This document shows positions 59,696 to 64,000 of a DNA stretch of 64,000 nt, piece by piece. The first letter of the stretch is position 1. Every line of letters begins with the position of its first letter. The DNA comes from Scenedesmus sp. PABB004 (Eukaryota). The translations under genes and the position numbers were made by a program. The stretch is taken from the NCBI GenBank assembly GCA_014905635.1, contig JABVCE010000002.1:1302001-1366000 (forward strand), in the 5' to 3' direction. The notes below the pieces were generated by a model. It was not told the origin of the DNA. It saw only the letters and a program-made list of their open reading frames with translations, and did no database searches.

Positions 59696-61119
59696 TCAGC
59701 TGCTGCTGCTGCTGGCGGCGGCCGCGGGCGTATGCTGCACCACGCGCGCGCCGCCCTTGGCGTCGGCGACGACCGCCGCGGCCGCGATGCCGAGCAGCAG
59801 CCCCGTCGCGACGACGCCGTCGATGCGCTCCACCTCGGCCGCGATCGCGCCGTACGACGCCTCCTCGCCCAGCAGGCGCATGCCCTCGTAGAAGCGCACA
59901 TCCACGATGTGGTGCCCCTCCGGGCTCACGTACGGGTTGTCGCCGCCGCGCGGGTTAGCCACGCCCGACGCGGGCCGGCGCCTGGCGCGCGCGCGCGCGC
60001 AGCGCGGCGGCGGCGCGTGAGCGCGGCCACGCCGCTGCCGGGCATGGGGCCCCGCCCATGTGCCCCGCCCCGCCCCCTCCCCCGGCCCCCGCCGCGCACC
60101 AAATCTCTGCGTCGCCCAGGAAGAGGTCGTCCAGCGCCTCCGCCGGCTCCTCCCAGTCGGCCGCCTCAATGAAAACGGGCAACGACGCGCCCAGCCGCGG
60201 GACGACCTGCGCGCGCGTGGGCGCGCGCGCCGGCCCGCGGTCGGCCGCGCCCCACCGCCGCCGCCGCCGCCGCGTGGGCCGGCGCGTGCGCGGCCCCTCA
60301 CGTCCTGCGCCTCGGCCAGCAGAACCACGCGCTCGGCGGCCCCGATCGCCTGGCGCAGGCGCGGCAGCTCCGGCTGCTGCGGCTCCGCGCGGATGCCTTT
60401 GAGCGCCGCGTTGGCGGCCTCGTCGTACTGGTCCGCCTGGTCCAGCAGCAGCGACACGCGCCGCGCCTCCTCGAGCGTCGTGAGCGGCACGCCGTGGAAC
60501 GCCGCCTCGTGCGCCGCCGTGGTGCACGCCGGCACGACCGTCACGTTCTGCGGCGCCGCGCCGGGCGTGGGGCGCGCCCCTGCCTCGCGGCCGCCCGCCG
60601 CTGCGCGCGCGCAGGCCGAGGCCGCCGGGCCTGCAGGGCTGCCGTGCGCACCTCCAGCTTGCCGGCCAGCAGGCACGACCCCAGATGCGCGATGGCCAGG
60701 TTGACCAGCTCGCCCGAGCCCAGCGCGATCACGCTGTTGCTGGTCACGAATTGGTCCACCGCCATCTCCGCCGCGGCGCTGGCGGGCGGCCGCGCGGCGC
60801 GGCGCGGGCGGGCGGCGCGGGCGGCGCTCGGCCCGCGCGCGGCGCGGCCGGCCGCTGCGCGCGCGCTACTCCAGCGCGGCCGGCGCGCGCCTCACCGCTT
60901 GGCGTCGCCCGCGGCGCAGCGCACCGCGGCGGCGCGGCGCCCGCGGCTCCGCAGCGGCGGCGCGGCGCAGCGCCTCGCCCTGCGGCGCCGGCGGAGGGCG
61001 CGCATTGGCGGCGGCGCGTGCCTGCGTGCCTGCGCGCCCCGGCGCTCGCACCTGCTGCTGGCGAGGCCCTGCGGCGCGGCGGCGCGCCGCGGCGGCGCGG
61101 CGCCCCGCAGCTGCTGCAT
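59696..61119 (-). CDS. Divergent ribose-5-phosphate isomerase A homologue (plant RPI4-like), probably plastid, 5 exons
   Basis: AVDQFVTSNSVIALGSG, GVPLTTL, LDQADQYD, PYVSPEGHHIVDV, IDGVVATGL; TGTAAC at 59663-59668. Confidence 0.85.
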
Positions 61120-61462
61120 CGCCGCGGGCCGGTGCCGGGGTCGGCGGCGGGCACGGCGGGGGCGCGGCGGTGGTGGCGTGGCTGCTGCTGCGGCTGGGTG
61201 CTGGGGCCCGGGCGGGGCGCGCCGGGCGAGCACGCCCATTTCGCCGCCGCCGACCGGCCGCCTGCCGTCGCGGTTTTTTGCAGCCGCGCGGCGCGCCGCT
61301 GGGGCTGCCGGCGCGGCTCCCGCGCCCCCGCAGCGATCGCGGCCGACCAGCACGCGCGTGGCAGGCGCCGGCGCGGCCCACGCCGCCAGTCGGACGCGCA
61401 AGCGGGGCGAATGGCCGCCCCGGCCGCCTGAGCGCCGGCGGTGCCCCTGCGTGGCGGTCGCG

Positions 61463-63242
61463 ATGCCGCAGACCGGTGGCTTCCTGGCAAAGCTGGTGCG
61501 GGAGCGCCCGCGCCCGCCGGCGGAGGTGCTGCCCAAGCTGGTGGCGAGCCTGCAGGCGCTGGAGGTCCCAGGCCGCGGCGAGCGGGCGGGCGAGAAGGAG
61601 CAGGCGGCGGTGCACAAGTACCTGACCTACCTCAAGCTCGCGCTCTTCGGCGACGACGCCCACCCCGCGCCGAGCCAGCCCACGGCCGAAATCGTGAACG
61701 CCCTGGTCCACGACGTCGTCAAGACCGACTTCCAGCTCCTCCTCGTCCGCAACCTGGCGGCCCTGGACTTTGAGGCCCGCAAGGACGCGGCCCTGGTGTT
61801 CGGCGCGATCGTGCGCATCAGGGACGCTGCGGACGCCTGCCCCGGCGCCGCCTACGTGCAGGCGCACCCCGAGATCCTCGACATGCTCTTCAACGGGTGC
61901 GCCGCCCGCGCCAGCACGCCGGCCGCCCGCCGCGGCGGGGGCGCTCGCGCCCGCGTCGCCCGCGCTGCGCCGCCCGCAACCTCCGCGCCGCCCGCGCCCG
62001 CGGCGCAGCTACGACGACCCCTCCATCGCGCTCAACTGCGGCAGCATGTACCGCGACTGCATCCGCGACGAGGCGCTCGCCAGGTGCGCGCGCGCGTCGG
62101 CCGGCGCCGCGGGCGCGCGGGCGCTATGGTCGGCGGGCGGCGACGGCGCGCGCGGCGGCGCGCCGACCGCGTGCGGTGCGCCGCGGCAGGCTGGAGCTGT
62201 ACGGCGACAACTTCATGGAGTTTTTCCGCCGCGTGGAGGTGGCCAACTTTGAGATCGCGAGCGACGCGTTCTCGTCGTTCAAGGTGCGCCGCCGCCGCCG
62301 CCCGCGGCTGCAGGGCCAGCCCTGCGCGCGAGCGCGGACCAGCGCGGCGCGGGCGCAGCGCCCCCGCAGCGGCGGCCTCGCGGGACGCCGCCGCCCCACG
62401 CCCGCCCGCCCGCGCGCCCGCCCGCACGCGCCCGGCAGGACCTGCTGACGCGTCACAAGCCCGTGGTCGCGCAGTACCTGCAGGACAACTACGGCCCCTT
62501 CTTTGACGCCTTTGCGGGGCTGCTGCAGTCGAGCAACTACGTCACGCGCCGCCAGTCGCTCAAGGCGCGGGGGCGGGCGGGAGGGGTCACGCGGGCGCGC
62601 GCACCGCGGCAGCGGCGGCGGCGGCGGGCCCGCCGCCCGCGCGGGCCCGCCCCGACCCCTCCCGCCGCGCCGCGCCGCGCAGCTGCTGGGCGAGCTGCTG
62701 CTGGACCGCTCCAACGTGCGGCTGATGATGCGGTACGTGAGCGACGTGAAGAACCTGATGCAGATGATGAACATGCTCAAGGACAGCTCGCGCAGCATCC
62801 AGTTTGAGGCCTTCCACGTCTTCAAGGCGCGCCACCGCCGCAGCGCCGCAGCGCAGCGTGCAGCCAGCCGCGCGCGCGGGCCCGCCCGCCCGCCCGCCCG
62901 CGCGCGCGCCGCGACGCCGCGCCCTCGCTGCTGCGCTCTGCAGGTGTTTGTCGCAAACCCCAGCAAGCCGCAGGCGATCGTCGACATCCTCACCAACAAC
63001 CGCGACAAGCTGCTCAAGTACCTGGAGGACTTCCACACAGACAGGGGTGCGTGCGAGCTGCACGCCGCCCGCGCCTGCTCCGCTGCGGTGGGACGGGGCG
63101 CCGTGCTGTGGGGACGGCCCCGCGCCGAGACGCGCGGCCGCGCGCGCCGCGCGCCCCCGCGCGCCGCGCAGACGAGGACGAGCAGTTCAAGGAGGAGAAG
63201 GCGGTCATCATCCGGGAGATCTCCCTGCTCGGCCGCGAGGCC

Positions 63243-63276
<34 letters not shown>

Positions 63277-63731
63277 CGCAGCAGGCGCAGCAGGCGCCGG
63301 CGCCGGCGCCGCCGGCGGGCGACCCGCGGCAGGACGCGCCCGCCGCGGCCGCGCGCGCGGGCGACGCGCCCGCGCCCCGGCGGCGACGGCGGCGGCGCCC
63401 GAGCCGGGCGCGGCGGGGCCGCGCAGCAGTGAGGGCGTCAGTTAGCACGCGGCGGGGCGGGGCGGGGGCGGCGGCGGGCGGGGGCGGCAGGCGGCTGCAT
63501 TTCATGGGCGGGGCACGAGCGGGCGGGCGGGCGCGGGGGCGGGCAGCGCAGGCGTCCGGCGGGCCATCCTCTCTAGCAAAACCTAACGCATGTGGGGGGT
63601 GCGGCGGGGGCCGCTTGGTTTGGTTGGACGCCGCGTGCGCGCGCGGGGCGTTGGCGCTGAGCGCGGCCAGGCGCGGCGTGCGGCCGGCGGCGGCGCCGCC
63701 CGCCGCGCCCGCGCCCGGCGCGTGCGCATGA
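61463..63731 (+). CDS. MO25: MO25/CAB39 family scaffold protein (7 exons); C-terminal tail uncertain
   Basis: LDFEARKDAALVF, IALNCGSMYRDCIR, FEIASDAFSSFK|DLLTRHK, SNYVTRRQSLK|LLGELLLDRSN, SIQFEAFHVFK|VFVANPSKP, DEQFKEEK. Confidence 0.95.
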
Positions 63732-64000
63732 TGCTGCCCGCTGCAGCCCCCGCGGCGGCGCACCCAGCGGCGGCCGTGTAAGCAGTCGCGCGCGGGCTAG
63801 AGGCGAGGCGCTTGGCAGCGGCGGTGGCAGCGGCGGCGGCGGCCAGCCGCAACCACCACCCTCCCGCAGTGAGGAGGAGGCGCACGCGGGCGGGGAGAGC
63901 AGACGGCCCGGTGGGCCAGGCGTGACTGCCTCTCAGGCTGCCGCAAGCCCCCCGCCACCCATAGGCCGCGCCGCACGCCCCGCCCGCCCTCTCTGGCGGT

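Noticed and set aside
2407..63171. Introner-like mobile introns explaining the GC donors
   Set aside because: Introns share only low-complexity GC repeats and splice signals; I saw no near-identical intron copies or terminal repeats by eye. An all-versus-all intron alignment would settle it.
44..63885. Hundreds of long overlapping Ala/Arg/Pro/Gly-rich ORFs on both strands
   Set aside because: Stop codons are rare at about 80% GC; these are shadow frames or intron read-through with no recognisable motifs.
1..64000. Selenocysteine, stop read-through or altered genetic code
   Set aside because: All reconstructed genes translate with the standard code; no in-frame stop interrupts a conserved domain once introns are removed.

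Overview
This window is eukaryotic nuclear DNA of very high GC content (roughly 78-80% by eye), most consistent with a chlorophycean green alga (Sphaeropleales-like; an inference). It is gene-dense, with about 22 intron-rich protein-coding genes plus the 3' tip of another. In order: plastid ribosomal S15 and L13 (head-to-head), a SecE-like protein, a DTW-domain tRNA modifier, CruP-type lycopene cyclase homologue, class I sirtuin, 3-hydroxyisobutyryl-CoA hydrolase, ePHD-AAA ATPase, SAC3/GANP protein, SAM methyltransferase, a tandem SpoVS-like protein, cytochrome P450, ABC1 kinase, PECT1, a KCS, an unknown membrane protein, a bacterial-type EEP hydrolase, an acidic orphan, a tandem-Tudor protein, cullin-3, a divergent RPI and MO25. 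Most long ORFs in the supplied track are high-GC artefacts that read through introns, so gene models were rebuilt by hand and some boundaries are approximate. The most striking signal is splicing: about a fifth of the introns I could place (8 of 16 in CUL3) require GC donors, always after an exonic AG. Other highlights are a KCS with an apparent C-terminal anchor, a plastid-targeted double SpoVS-like protein, an intron-containing bacterial-type EEP gene, and back-to-back GTAAC motifs between convergent genes. I saw no rRNA, tRNA, CRISPR array or transposon.
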